Positions 38,712 through 48,014 of a stretch of 62,099 nucleotides of DNA are shown piece by piece. Location: assembly GCA_007127105.1 (NCBI GenBank), contig SLAA01000058.1, forward strand, positions 1-62,099, read 5' to 3'. Within the stretch, counting starts at the first letter, position 1; each line of letters starts with the position of its first letter. The notes below the pieces were generated by a model that searched no databases, was not told the DNA's origin, and saw only the letters and a list, made by a program, of their open reading frames with translations. The translations under genes and the position numbers were made by a program. This DNA is from Spirochaetales bacterium. GTDB taxonomy: Bacteria > Spirochaetota > Spirochaetia > DSM-27196 > SLAA01.

Positions 38712-39836
38712 CTAGTTACCAGAGTTGCTGCGACTCGTCGCGTCCATACCAAACTCCGGCGCAATCCTACGAACAGAGACACCTACGAGGCGCTCAATTG
38801 TGTCGTTCGTTTGTAGCCTCGCAATGAGTTCAATTGGCATTGCGCCCTCGAGTGCGGCTGCGAAAGGAAGAGTAACCGGCACAATCCCCTCCAGAACTCG
38901 TTCGTCATGATATCCAACGAGAAAATCAAAGGTAATGCTGTCCGTTCCAATGTTGAGATTTGTTACCCGCCCCTTCCAGCGCACATGGGTGTTGTTGTAC
39001 AACCAGGGTTCTCGTTCCACCTGTCTATACTCAATATTGTCCCGAAAGTCTGTGAAACTGGGACGCGACATGTAGCTCATAAGCATACGTGCTCGTTCCT
39101 TGTAAGCCTGAGAGGCGTTGGAGTTAAGAAGGCGGTTGATCTCAATTATCGCCCGGTTGTCACGACGCTCATTGAAGTACTCCCCTACCTGGCTGAAGCT
39201 GCGCCGAACCTCCTCGGTACCAAGAATATAGCGGTACTCTCCATCGTACTCCACAACCTGCGCCGGTGGTGTGTCGAATCGCACAAGTTCTACGCCTTCG
39301 CGGTCAGGCGTGTCGGGGCTGTCTAAGCGTTGCAGTATGTGAAGCGTCAAACCAATGAGTAACATCACAACAACTGTCGCGACACTCACGCGAACTGCCG
39401 CCTTGGGCAGTTTGAGCTTGCGTGCAGGGAGCAGCTGGAGGTAAGAGCCGTCCTCGAACAGTTCCATGAACTCAGACGGATCGTCGGCGGCACGCACCAA
39501 GTCCAGTCCTCGTTTGGCCTGCCGGTTAGCGGGTTCACGCTCAAGAACGTACAACCAGTGGCTCAGAGCTTTCTGTGTTTCGCGGCGACGCACGTGAATG
39601 AGAGCGAGACCAAGACGAGTTTCGGTATCGTCATCATCAAGTTGTTGTGAACGTTGCAAATACGAGGATGCTCCCGAAAAGTCGCCGTCATACAAACATG
39701 ACATCCCAAGGAGACGGTAGAACTCAGGGCGCTCGCGATACAGGAAGACCTGTGGCTCCAGGAAGCGAATCACTTCGCCGTAGTTGCGTGCATTGTATAG
39801 CTTTCGGGCTCGTTCAAGCCCGCCTTTTTTCTTCAT
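38712..39836 (-). CDS. bitopic protein: cytoplasmic TPR domain, TM helix, periplasmic domain of unknown function
   Basis: TPR-like N-terminus, TM helix (VSVATVVVMLLIGLTLHIL), ~200-aa C-terminal domain. Confidence 0.7.
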   Translation of the reverse strand: MKKKGGLERARKLYNARNYGEVIRFLEPQVFLYRERPEFYRLLGMSCLYDGDFSGASSYLQRSQQLDDDDTETRLGLALIHVRRRETQKALSHWLYVLEREPANRQAKRGLDLVRAADDPSEFMELFEDGSYLQLLPARKLKLPKAAVRVSVATVVVMLLIGLTLHILQRLDSPDTPDREGVELVRFDTPPAQVVEYDGEYRYILGTEEVRRSFSQVGEYFNERRDNRAIIEINRLLNSNASQAYKERARMLMSYMSRPSFTDFRDNIEYRQVEREPWLYNNTHVRWKGRVTNLNIGTDSITFDFLVGYHDERVLEGIVPVTLPFAAALEGAMPIELIARLQTNDTIERLVGVSVRRIAPEFGMDATSRSNSGN

Positions 39837-39899
39837 AAGCGATGTATCATCTTGTTGAGTCGGTAGATCCGTTCCTCTCTGAGGCCTAAGCCCGTAGCC

Positions 39900-41057
39900 T
39901 TATTCCAAACGTTGGAGTAGTTGTTCAAACTCACGTAGCTCGGACTCGTTGAACTCGCCTGGTTCACTGAGGCGCCGGTCAATCTCGGCGATGATTTCAT
40001 CAACAAGCTCAAGGCGTCGCTCGAGACTTTGGGGTTCGGTCAGCTCGGCTTCTTCGTATGCAGAAACACGTTGCTCAAGTACACGAACCGCTTCAGGCTG
40101 GGCAGCCTCGACTACCGGTGACTCTGTTGGTTCCTCTCTTCGCTGCAACAGTAACTCGCTGGGTGTCGCCTGAAGCACGAGAGAAATATGGCGTTCCTCA
40201 CCGGGTTGTATGTTCATTTCTGGATAATAGAGGACAAGAGCCGAGTCGTTCCGGGAGTAAGGTGGATAAGAGAAGCCGCGCCCGGGTACTGGGGTGTAGT
40301 CCCAACCTGACTCCGCGATACGTCTCCAGTTAGCAATGAGAACCTTTTCAGGTGGAGTGAGCCTTAAGGTCTCGGTCGTCTCGGCGTTCAAGGGAATGCG
40401 AAGTCCCAATGCGTCAGGCGCAGCCGAATCACGCGTCGTCCGCACCGCCAGAACAAGACTCGGATCGAAGCCAATTTCGCGGGAAGGCAACTGCTGAGTC
40501 CCGTCGCGCTGTTCCAAAACGCCGTGTATTCCCTTGGCTTCCCCTAAATGGGTGTCCAGCACGTATCGTAAAGCTACTGTACGGGCTCGCGTTGAGGCGT
40601 TGTGTATCTCAAAGCGTATCTCAAAGGCATCTGCGGATATGCGGCGACCGGGGCGGGGTACGAATATCTGCCGGATCTCCAGGTTGCGCGACGTGAAAAC
40701 AAATGCAGGATACCCGTCTTCGGTCTCTACACGTGTGCGTTGAAAGTCGCGATCCCCGGCCGGTTGATAAACTCGGCCGTCCTCAAGCAGCGAGAAAAAG
40801 CTGGTAGTCGGATCTTCGGAATACAGTAATGGAATGGATCGCTGGATTTCGGAGCTCTGCCCGGCGAGCCTGTCTTCGTTGTTGCCTTGGGTTCGGAGAT
40901 AGAGCCGGAACGAACTGCTGGACGGCAGTAGTTCAATCCGCAACGACCCCGCTGTTTGCTCCATGGCGGATAGAGCGGCAGGCAGGAGGGTTGCGACTGC
41001 AAGTATTCCGAGCGCGAACAAGCTTATGCGGGCAGTTCGGTCGCTTATGAAGTTCAC
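39900..41057 (-). CDS. secreted hypothetical protein with C-terminal coiled coil
   Basis: GTG start. Signal peptide ISLFALGILAVATLLPAALSA. No motif recognised. Confidence 0.7.
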   Translation of the reverse strand: MNFISDRTARISLFALGILAVATLLPAALSAMEQTAGSLRIELLPSSSSFRLYLRTQGNNEDRLAGQSSEIQRSIPLLYSEDPTTSFFSLLEDGRVYQPAGDRDFQRTRVETEDGYPAFVFTSRNLEIRQIFVPRPGRRISADAFEIRFEIHNASTRARTVALRYVLDTHLGEAKGIHGVLEQRDGTQQLPSREIGFDPSLVLAVRTTRDSAAPDALGLRIPLNAETTETLRLTPPEKVLIANWRRIAESGWDYTPVPGRGFSYPPYSRNDSALVLYYPEMNIQPGEERHISLVLQATPSELLLQRREEPTESPVVEAAQPEAVRVLEQRVSAYEEAELTEPQSLERRLELVDEIIAEIDRRLSEPGEFNESELREFEQLLQRLE

Positions 41058-41059
41058 CC

Positions 41060-41965
41060 TTAGCCCTCCTCGAGTTGTTGTATGAGTTGTTCGAGGTAGC
41101 GTTCCTTCATCTCAAGTGCCCGTTCCTTAATGGTGATTGCACGCAGACGACTGGTTTCAGCCTCGCTAGGTCGTACGCCTTCTTGCAGCTGCGCCTCAAG
41201 CAGGCGCACTTCTTCCAAGAGGTCGTCAAGCTGTTGGCGTAGTTCGGCCTCGACTGCGACATCGTCAAGACCACGGTACCTTTGTAAAGCCAGCTCGTAG
41301 GCTTGCTCGCGCGCTGAGAACTCATTGCGCGCTCGAAGGAGTTCCGTATGACTCCATTGCAGGAGTTCTGCCATACGGTGTTCGCGTCGCATAGCCGCGG
41401 TTACATCCAGGCGATTACGAGCGGCCTCGGCGCGAAAGCTGCTTGGATAGTAGGTTATGACTGCACGATACAGTCGTTCGGCTTCATCAAGTCGCCCAAG
41501 TTGTACAAGAGCTTCACCTGTCCAGAACAATGCGTTGGCCTGGAACTGGGAGTGAGGGAACGACTCGTTGAACAGCTGGAACTGCCGAATGGACTCCTGA
41601 TAGTCACCCTGAAGGTATAACAGCCTTCCCTTCTGATACACAGCCTCTTCATGATACTCGTGTTCAGGAAACTCACTGAGGTAACTCTCAAGGTTGGACT
41701 CAGCTTCGGAAAGGCGGCCTTCACTCATGGCGGCGCGTGCAATCCAGTAGTGCGCGTCCGGTGCTAGGGGCGAGTCAGAATGGTCAAGGAGGATGCTTCG
41801 TAGACGGAGGATAGCCTCATTGTTTTCACCGGCTGCGTAGGCGCGCAAACCGGCGTTCAGCGCGGCCCGATCAGAGTCGGCAGCCGGAAGAAGCGCGGTT
41901 AAACCGGCGAGCAGGAGAGCAGCCAAGCCGAGAAAACGAAAGACCTGTAATTGCCGTGTTTGCAT
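41060..41965 (-). CDS. secreted TPR-repeat protein with C-terminal coiled coil
   Basis: ATG 41965 gives MQTRQLQVFRFLGLAALLLAGLTALLPA. TPR repeats resemble the YbgF/CpoB style. The track start is TTG at 41986. Confidence 0.75.
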   Translation of the reverse strand: MQTRQLQVFRFLGLAALLLAGLTALLPAADSDRAALNAGLRAYAAGENNEAILRLRSILLDHSDSPLAPDAHYWIARAAMSEGRLSEAESNLESYLSEFPEHEYHEEAVYQKGRLLYLQGDYQESIRQFQLFNESFPHSQFQANALFWTGEALVQLGRLDEAERLYRAVITYYPSSFRAEAARNRLDVTAAMRREHRMAELLQWSHTELLRARNEFSAREQAYELALQRYRGLDDVAVEAELRQQLDDLLEEVRLLEAQLQEGVRPSEAETSRLRAITIKERALEMKERYLEQLIQQLEEG

Positions 41966-42008
41966 CAATATACTACCTCTTTTCAAATGTCGACCTCCTC
42001 AGAGAAAT

Positions 42009-42686
42009 CTACACCGTTTTCTGAGTGGTGCCCCGCAGCAGCCCTACCTCGGCACAGGGATCCGCTGCGTTAAAGAAGGCCGAACCACACACAAGAATAT
42101 CTGCACCGGCAGCACGAACTGCAGCTGCGTTCTGCGAATTGATACCACCGTCCACCGAAATAAGCGTTGAAGTTCCCTTGTGAGACCGTAGTTCCTTGAG
42201 ACGTCGCAGTTTGTCTAAGCAGAGTGGAATGAGCGTCTGTCCGCCAAAACCGGGGTTCACGCTCATGACCAGTGCCATGTCGAGTTCCGGCATCATCTCT
42301 TCGAGCGCGGACACCGGCGTTGAAGGCACAATAGCAAGACCTGCCCCGATACCGGCGTCCCGAATAAGCATAATCGCCCTATGGGCATGAACTGTCGCTT
42401 CTACATGGAGAGTAATAAAGGCGGCTCCGGCATCAATAAAATCTCGTATGTGTTGTTCGGGGTTCTCGATCATGAGATGGACATCCAGTGGCAGGTTAGT
42501 AATTGCGGCGACATCCGCAACCATCTTCTTACCAAAGGTAATGTTTGGAACAAAACTACCGTCCATGATATCCAGATGAATCCAGTCGGCACCTGAGTCG
42601 TGTATTGTCTGAACTGCTTCACCGACACGGCAGAAGTTGGCCGCGAGCAGTGACGGAGCAATAATTGTGTGTGATTGAGTGCTCAT
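42009..42686 (-). CDS. rpe: ribulose-phosphate 3-epimerase
   Basis: APSLLAANF, HLDIMDGSFVPNITFG, VMSVNPGFGGQ and VDGGIN motifs. I chose the ATG at 42686 rather than the track start at 42884. Confidence 0.93.
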   Translation of the reverse strand: MSTQSHTIIAPSLLAANFCRVGEAVQTIHDSGADWIHLDIMDGSFVPNITFGKKMVADVAAITNLPLDVHLMIENPEQHIRDFIDAGAAFITLHVEATVHAHRAIMLIRDAGIGAGLAIVPSTPVSALEEMMPELDMALVMSVNPGFGGQTLIPLCLDKLRRLKELRSHKGTSTLISVDGGINSQNAAAVRAAGADILVCGSAFFNAADPCAEVGLLRGTTQKTV

Positions 42687-42832
42687 GTTTGTCTCCGATT
42701 CTAAAGGCGTTCCTGTATGATACACGATAAGCACCGTTGTTGGCAAAGGTGACGGAGTTGGGGATAGTGCATTAAAACAGACCGGCGATTGAACAACAGG
42801 TTCGGAGAATGCTATAGTACTCATGCAAATGT

Positions 42833-43795
42833 ATGCATTCCACTGTGAACAAAGACACCGCCGTGAAAGATGACGAACTCTCACGACTACTGCGCGACGC
42901 CTATTCCCACATTCGTGATCACCGTCTTGATGAAGCCGCGACAGCTCTCGAGCGGGCGCTTGAGGTGGATTTTGAGCATCCCGATGTACTCAGTTCGCTG
43001 AAATACGTGAATTTTTGGCGCGACCGGGCAGGAACGGTGGCTCGATTAGCGAACGGCTTTGAACAGGGTGAGTATCTTCTTGCACAGTGGCGACTGTTTG
43101 AGGGGTTCGTCGAACGAATCGGTGCTGGCTGCGAGGAATGTCTCTATGCGGTGCGCACTCACGTGTATGACCGGGCTTTGCAGTTCTACCAGTCGGTAAA
43201 CGATGGTGGTACAGCGGGTGACCCAGAGCTTTTGTTGCGCATTGGACGGTGCTACAAGGGTAAGGGAGATTACGACACTGCCCTAAGCTTCTTGAATAAG
43301 GCCTATGGCCAAAAAAAAGACGATCCTGAAGTGCTTGCCGAGCTCGCCGATTGTTATGCCTTTGTCAACGATGTGCAGCGAGCTAAAGTCTTTTTCCGGG
43401 AGGCCTTTTTCATCGGCGCCAGCCGTATCGATATAGACGTTCTCGAGAGCGAACTCATCCGGCGCCTAGTTACAAAGGTCCGCGAAATGGGCTATAATGA
43501 TCAAGAGTTGCTTGAATGGATACCGGTCTATGGGTGGTTGTACGGGGTTTTTACGGTTAGACGAGAGTTGCGTTCAATTGAATACGGCAAGTTAAAGCAG
43601 TCGATTTACGCACTTGAGCGGGATTATAGCGATAAGCGAGCCAGTGAGTCACTGCTCATTCCGCGCTTGGTAAATCGGTATTTCTGGCTAATCGATCACT
43701 ACATTTCCAGCGGTGAAGATCGGAGTCGTATTGAGGAAGTGCTGCTGAAACTACGAAGTATCTGCCCCAAAATCTATGAGCAATACCGAAATTAA
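42833..43795 (+). CDS. TPR-like hypothetical protein
   Basis: Helical-repeat sequence. Immediately precedes greA. Confidence 0.65.
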   Translation: MHSTVNKDTAVKDDELSRLLRDAYSHIRDHRLDEAATALERALEVDFEHPDVLSSLKYVNFWRDRAGTVARLANGFEQGEYLLAQWRLFEGFVERIGAGCEECLYAVRTHVYDRALQFYQSVNDGGTAGDPELLLRIGRCYKGKGDYDTALSFLNKAYGQKKDDPEVLAELADCYAFVNDVQRAKVFFREAFFIGASRIDIDVLESELIRRLVTKVREMGYNDQELLEWIPVYGWLYGVFTVRRELRSIEYGKLKQSIYALERDYSDKRASESLLIPRLVNRYFWLIDHYISSGEDRSRIEEVLLKLRSICPKIYEQYRN

Positions 43796-43813
43796 GTGAG
43801 GAGCGACGACGAG

Positions 43814-46522
43814 ATGTCAGAGCAAACAGTCACCGACATAAGCGAACTATTAAATCAGGAAAAATGGACACGGGCGACCCTAAACAACTACACCGTGCAG
43901 AACTTCAAGGAACTTGACGACACTCTTCAGGCTGTGTTTGAGAGCGAGAAAGAGGACGATGTACTTGCAGAGGCAGAGGAACACCTCCGTCATACCAAAA
44001 ACAGCATTATCGCTCTGTATCTTTCCGGAGTAATTAGCGTTAGACGTCAGACGGTCGACGACGCTAACCTGATTGCGCTCACTGAGATTTTCGGTGACAA
44101 CCACAAATGGAACATCGTTGAGTATCTCTGTGAACGCATTCTGGAGCATGGTGAAAACCGTGATGCGCTACGCAAGCTTGCCATGTGTTACAGCAATGAG
44201 AACCAGCCGGAGAAGATGTATGAGGTGTGGGAGCGGCTGATTCGTGTAGACTTTGAAGAAGCGGATATCGTACGACAGCTTGCCGAGAAGAAAGAGGCCG
44301 ACGGTGACACCACCGAGGCCGTCGAGTACTACAAAAAAGCTCTTCACCGCTACATCAGCAAGAAGCTCTTCAACAACATACGCGAGGTTTGGCATCGGCT
44401 TATTCAATATGCGCCGGAGCAAACCGAGTTCTTCTATCATGCGGAGAGCAAAATTGCGAAGGTTATCAGTCCCGAACGAGCATCCCAGCTGCTTGAGGAG
44501 CTTTATCCACACTTTCGCAAAGAGGCTGAGTGGGACATCGCGATAGAGATTCTCAAGCGAATTCTTCACCATGATCCCCGCAGCCCTATGGCTCGCAAAG
44601 AGATTATTGAGTGCTACCGTGAGAAGTATGCAGACCACAGCCATCTTGAAGAATACATCAAGCTTTCCAATCTGACCCAGAGTTGGCGTAACATTCACGA
44701 TGCCATAGCGGACTTTGAGAAGCACATCTCGTTTGATGCTGGCAACTTTGTGTTTCATCGCGCCTGGGGGGTCGGGATCATCCGTGGAATAGAGTCCGAC
44801 GGACTGCTCATTGACTTTGCTCGTAAACGTCAACACCGCATGACCTTGAAGATGGCGGTAAGTTCACTTGAAATACTGGATCGCGATCATCTGTGGGTAC
44901 TTCGAAGCATCTGGAAGAAGGAAAAGCTCCACAAGAAGGTGAAGACCGACATCGAATGGGCGCTCAAGACTGTGATAAAGAGCTGTGGGAACGCAGCCGA
45001 TATCAAGCGCATTAAAGCCGAGCTTGTACCTGCCGTTCTTTCGCAGAACGAATGGTCTTCATGGAGCGCAAAGGCTCGCCAGGTTCTAAAGACGAACAAG
45101 GACTTCGGAACCCTCACCGACAAGCTGGATCACTACGTAGTTAGAGATCAACCAATTAGCTTCGAGGAGAAAGTCTTTAACCGGTTCAAGGCCGAACGTG
45201 ACTTTTTTGACCGTGTGAAGACCATTAGCGAGTTTCTAGCCTACATCGACAATGAAGAGCTTTCTGGTAACGACTCAGACTTCTTCCGGGATATGTTTGA
45301 TTACTTCGTGAGCTATCTCAAGGGCTCATCTGGGGTTAATGAGTACGTGATCTGCAGCAACTTGCTCGTTCGACGGATCGTTGCACGTTATCCGTTCATG
45401 AACCCCGGGATCGATCTGGATTTTCTTAATCTGTATGAGGAAATCGCGGACCTTGAGGAGTTGTTCAAGAACATTAACAGTGCCGACCTTAAACGTGAGT
45501 TCATAAACAACGTGAAGCGCACGGTTAAGGACTGGCCCGAGATTTATGTGCGGCTCTTCCCCTACTTCCTTTCGCGTGATCTCATTAATGATCTGGAGCG
45601 TGCTGAGCATTCTGACAAACTCGAGTACCTTTTTCATCACCTCCACGACAACTACCGTGATCTGCGGGAAGCCTACGTTTGGCTAGTGCGGAACTGTCAT
45701 GAAGACAAGTGGTTTGAGAGTATCCCCATGCCCTTTGAAAAGGTGTTGATTAGCATGGTGCACCTTCTCGACATTACTGCACGCGATATCGACAACAAGA
45801 AGGAAACTACTCAGAATCGTAAGATTCACCGACAAATTCATTCGTTTCTGTTCAAGGACGAGGTTCTCCGACGCCATATAAGTACTGCTGATGAAAGCTC
45901 CTTGACCCGGCTATTTACCCTGGTCAGTGACGTCAAGAATCTTGATCCAACACTCGTACTCAACCTTAAGCAGATTGTTCTTGACCGTTTCCCTGACTTC
46001 CGCTTTTACGGAGAGGAGGCGAAACCCCGGACTGCGGTCGCACGGGGACTCATTACGACACAGGCGAGCTACGAGCGCAAGCAAAAGCAACTGCACCACA
46101 TTCACAGTGTAGAGGTGCCTGAGAACTCAAAGGAAATAAGTCGTGCGGCTTCCCTGGGTGACCTTAAAGAGAACGCTGAGTACAAAGCGGCAAAAGAGCG
46201 ACAGGACATTCTGAACTCTACAGCAGCACGGCTGCAGGAAGAGCTGCAGACCGCACAGATTATGCGTCCCGATGAAATTGACGATGGATCGGTTGGGTTC
46301 GGTACGACGGTTACCCTTGAGAACAAAGGTAGTGGTGAAACCGAGGTGTTTACCATCCTTGGTCCCTGGGAGTCTGATCCTGATAACGGCGTAATTTCTT
46401 ACCTTTCGCCACTTGGTTCGGCCTTGGTGAGTCACACCAAAGGTGAGGAACTGAGCTTCGTTATCAACGACCGAGAATTTGTCTACAAAGTGACCGACAT
46501 CAACCGGGCGAGTTTTACCTGA
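43814..46522 (+). CDS. greA: transcription elongation factor GreA, long spirochaetal form (~900 aa)
   Basis: C-terminal ~150 aa carry LGDLKENAEYKAAKERQ and VISYLSPLGSALVSHTKGEE. About 750 aa of helical N-terminal extension. ATG at 43814, or GTG at 43796. Confidence 0.85.
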   Translation: MSEQTVTDISELLNQEKWTRATLNNYTVQNFKELDDTLQAVFESEKEDDVLAEAEEHLRHTKNSIIALYLSGVISVRRQTVDDANLIALTEIFGDNHKWNIVEYLCERILEHGENRDALRKLAMCYSNENQPEKMYEVWERLIRVDFEEADIVRQLAEKKEADGDTTEAVEYYKKALHRYISKKLFNNIREVWHRLIQYAPEQTEFFYHAESKIAKVISPERASQLLEELYPHFRKEAEWDIAIEILKRILHHDPRSPMARKEIIECYREKYADHSHLEEYIKLSNLTQSWRNIHDAIADFEKHISFDAGNFVFHRAWGVGIIRGIESDGLLIDFARKRQHRMTLKMAVSSLEILDRDHLWVLRSIWKKEKLHKKVKTDIEWALKTVIKSCGNAADIKRIKAELVPAVLSQNEWSSWSAKARQVLKTNKDFGTLTDKLDHYVVRDQPISFEEKVFNRFKAERDFFDRVKTISEFLAYIDNEELSGNDSDFFRDMFDYFVSYLKGSSGVNEYVICSNLLVRRIVARYPFMNPGIDLDFLNLYEEIADLEELFKNINSADLKREFINNVKRTVKDWPEIYVRLFPYFLSRDLINDLERAEHSDKLEYLFHHLHDNYRDLREAYVWLVRNCHEDKWFESIPMPFEKVLISMVHLLDITARDIDNKKETTQNRKIHRQIHSFLFKDEVLRRHISTADESSLTRLFTLVSDVKNLDPTLVLNLKQIVLDRFPDFRFYGEEAKPRTAVARGLITTQASYERKQKQLHHIHSVEVPENSKEISRAASLGDLKENAEYKAAKERQDILNSTAARLQEELQTAQIMRPDEIDDGSVGFGTTVTLENKGSGETEVFTILGPWESDPDNGVISYLSPLGSALVSHTKGEELSFVINDREFVYKVTDINRASFT

Positions 46523-46570
46523 ACCTAACTCGTCCGCCCTACCGGTGTGTTCCGGCTTGAGTTCAGTTCA
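46520..46570. terminator. possible bidirectional hairpin between convergent greA and the HEAT gene
   Basis: Imperfect 12-bp inverted repeat TGAACCTAACTC / GAGTTCAGTTCA encloses CCGG-TGTGTT-CCGG. No U-tract. Confidence 0.25.
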
Positions 46571-48014
46571 TGGACTCAAGTGCGGCGCGCGCGGTGCGTC
46601 GCAATGCCTGGTTCGGAGCATCCTCGGCTATTGTCTCCAGACGATCGCGTTGCGAAGTAATGCGATTCCTACCAACTGCCCGTATGCCGTATAACTGCAT
46701 TGTAATGTCTGGATGATCAAGAAACGACACATAAAGCTCGTTCAGTTGGTTGGTGTCCAGTATTGAGAGACTTCGTGCTGTGTGGTCCAGGATCCGGGAG
46801 TTGCGTTTATCCCATTCTGCCGCAATTACCTTCTGAATACTCTCGATAGAACCCGGAAGGTCGTGCTCCACAAGTTGCGTTAAGGCAGCTGAGCGCAGTT
46901 CAAATGACAGCGTTGGGGTTTCATAGCGTTCTCGCAGGAAATCAAAAGCCTCGGTTGATCCAAAAGTCGCGAGTGTTTTATAGGCCTCGATACGAACTCG
47001 CTGATCAGGGTCACGCTCAGCGCGATAGCGCACGGCGTTAAAGGCTTCTCCTGCTTTGGCATTGGCAAGTCCCCGCAATGCAAAGGTACGAACCTGGGAG
47101 TTAGAGTCACGCAATGCTGCAGTCAGCAATCGCCGTACATCTTCCTCTCCCGGGAAGTTTGAAAGGGCGTGTACCGCGTATGCACGCATTGCGGCATCAC
47201 CGCCGGTAAGAGCGGAGCGGATAGCGGGCAGCGCCCGAGGGTCGCCGATCTTTCCAAGTGAATCAGCCGAGTAGTGCCTCAAGGTGTCTGACTCCGTGCT
47301 GTCCTCAAGAATCGCCATGAGAGACTCAACCGCATCGGCATGACCCAAGGCTCCCAGCGCGAGTATCGCGGCTCCGCGTACTTCGTTATTTGATAGGTCG
47401 TCGTCGAGCAAGGCCAACAACAAGCGTACCTCGGGTTCGGAACCAACTGCGCCGGTAACCCTGATTGCGGTTGGTGCCAATCGTGGGAGGTTTGAACGTG
47501 AGATTTCGTCCAGTGCGGCAAACACGCGGTCTGGGGGATCCTGCATTACAGACTCTGTGTAACGGAGAGCTTCCAAGATCAGATCTCGCGGTTCGTCACG
47601 AAAATTCTCCAGCAGTTGTATTACTTCATCTTGAAGGGCATCGTGCTCCATAGCCCTAAAGAAACTCAGCACCTTGGTTCGCAACTCAGTATTGAGAGTG
47701 AATCCAAAAACCTCGGCAATCTCCTCGTGAAGTCGATCCTCTCGTTGCGCTTCCAATGCTGGGAGAAGTTCAATAATCTCGCTGTCAATTCCAAACTCAA
47801 GTACATCGCGACGCTCGTCCAGGAGACTGCGAGCTGCCTCTACCTCCTCTGTGTCCTGGGCCACAAGACTGTCAACCGAGGGCAAGAGAAGCGCGAGCGT
47901 CAGGAGAACGAAACCGAGGGTGCCCGACGGCATACGGCGTCCTGATGTAGCGTGGGGGGCTCGCTGAGGAGGCTCAGGGGAGTGAGGATTCCGCGACCGA
48001 ACTCCTTTTATCAT
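46563..48014 (-). CDS. HEAT-repeat (PBS-lyase-like) protein, probably exported
   Basis: Repeated ...VR..A..ALG..G... HEAT-like units. Hydrophobic GFVLLTLALLLPSVDSLVA near the N-terminus. ATGA overlap with murJ. Confidence 0.75.
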   Translation of the reverse strand: MIKGVRSRNPHSPEPPQRAPHATSGRRMPSGTLGFVLLTLALLLPSVDSLVAQDTEEVEAARSLLDERRDVLEFGIDSEIIELLPALEAQREDRLHEEIAEVFGFTLNTELRTKVLSFFRAMEHDALQDEVIQLLENFRDEPRDLILEALRYTESVMQDPPDRVFAALDEISRSNLPRLAPTAIRVTGAVGSEPEVRLLLALLDDDLSNNEVRGAAILALGALGHADAVESLMAILEDSTESDTLRHYSADSLGKIGDPRALPAIRSALTGGDAAMRAYAVHALSNFPGEEDVRRLLTAALRDSNSQVRTFALRGLANAKAGEAFNAVRYRAERDPDQRVRIEAYKTLATFGSTEAFDFLRERYETPTLSFELRSAALTQLVEHDLPGSIESIQKVIAAEWDKRNSRILDHTARSLSILDTNQLNELYVSFLDHPDITMQLYGIRAVGRNRITSQRDRLETIAEDAPNQALRRTARAALESMN

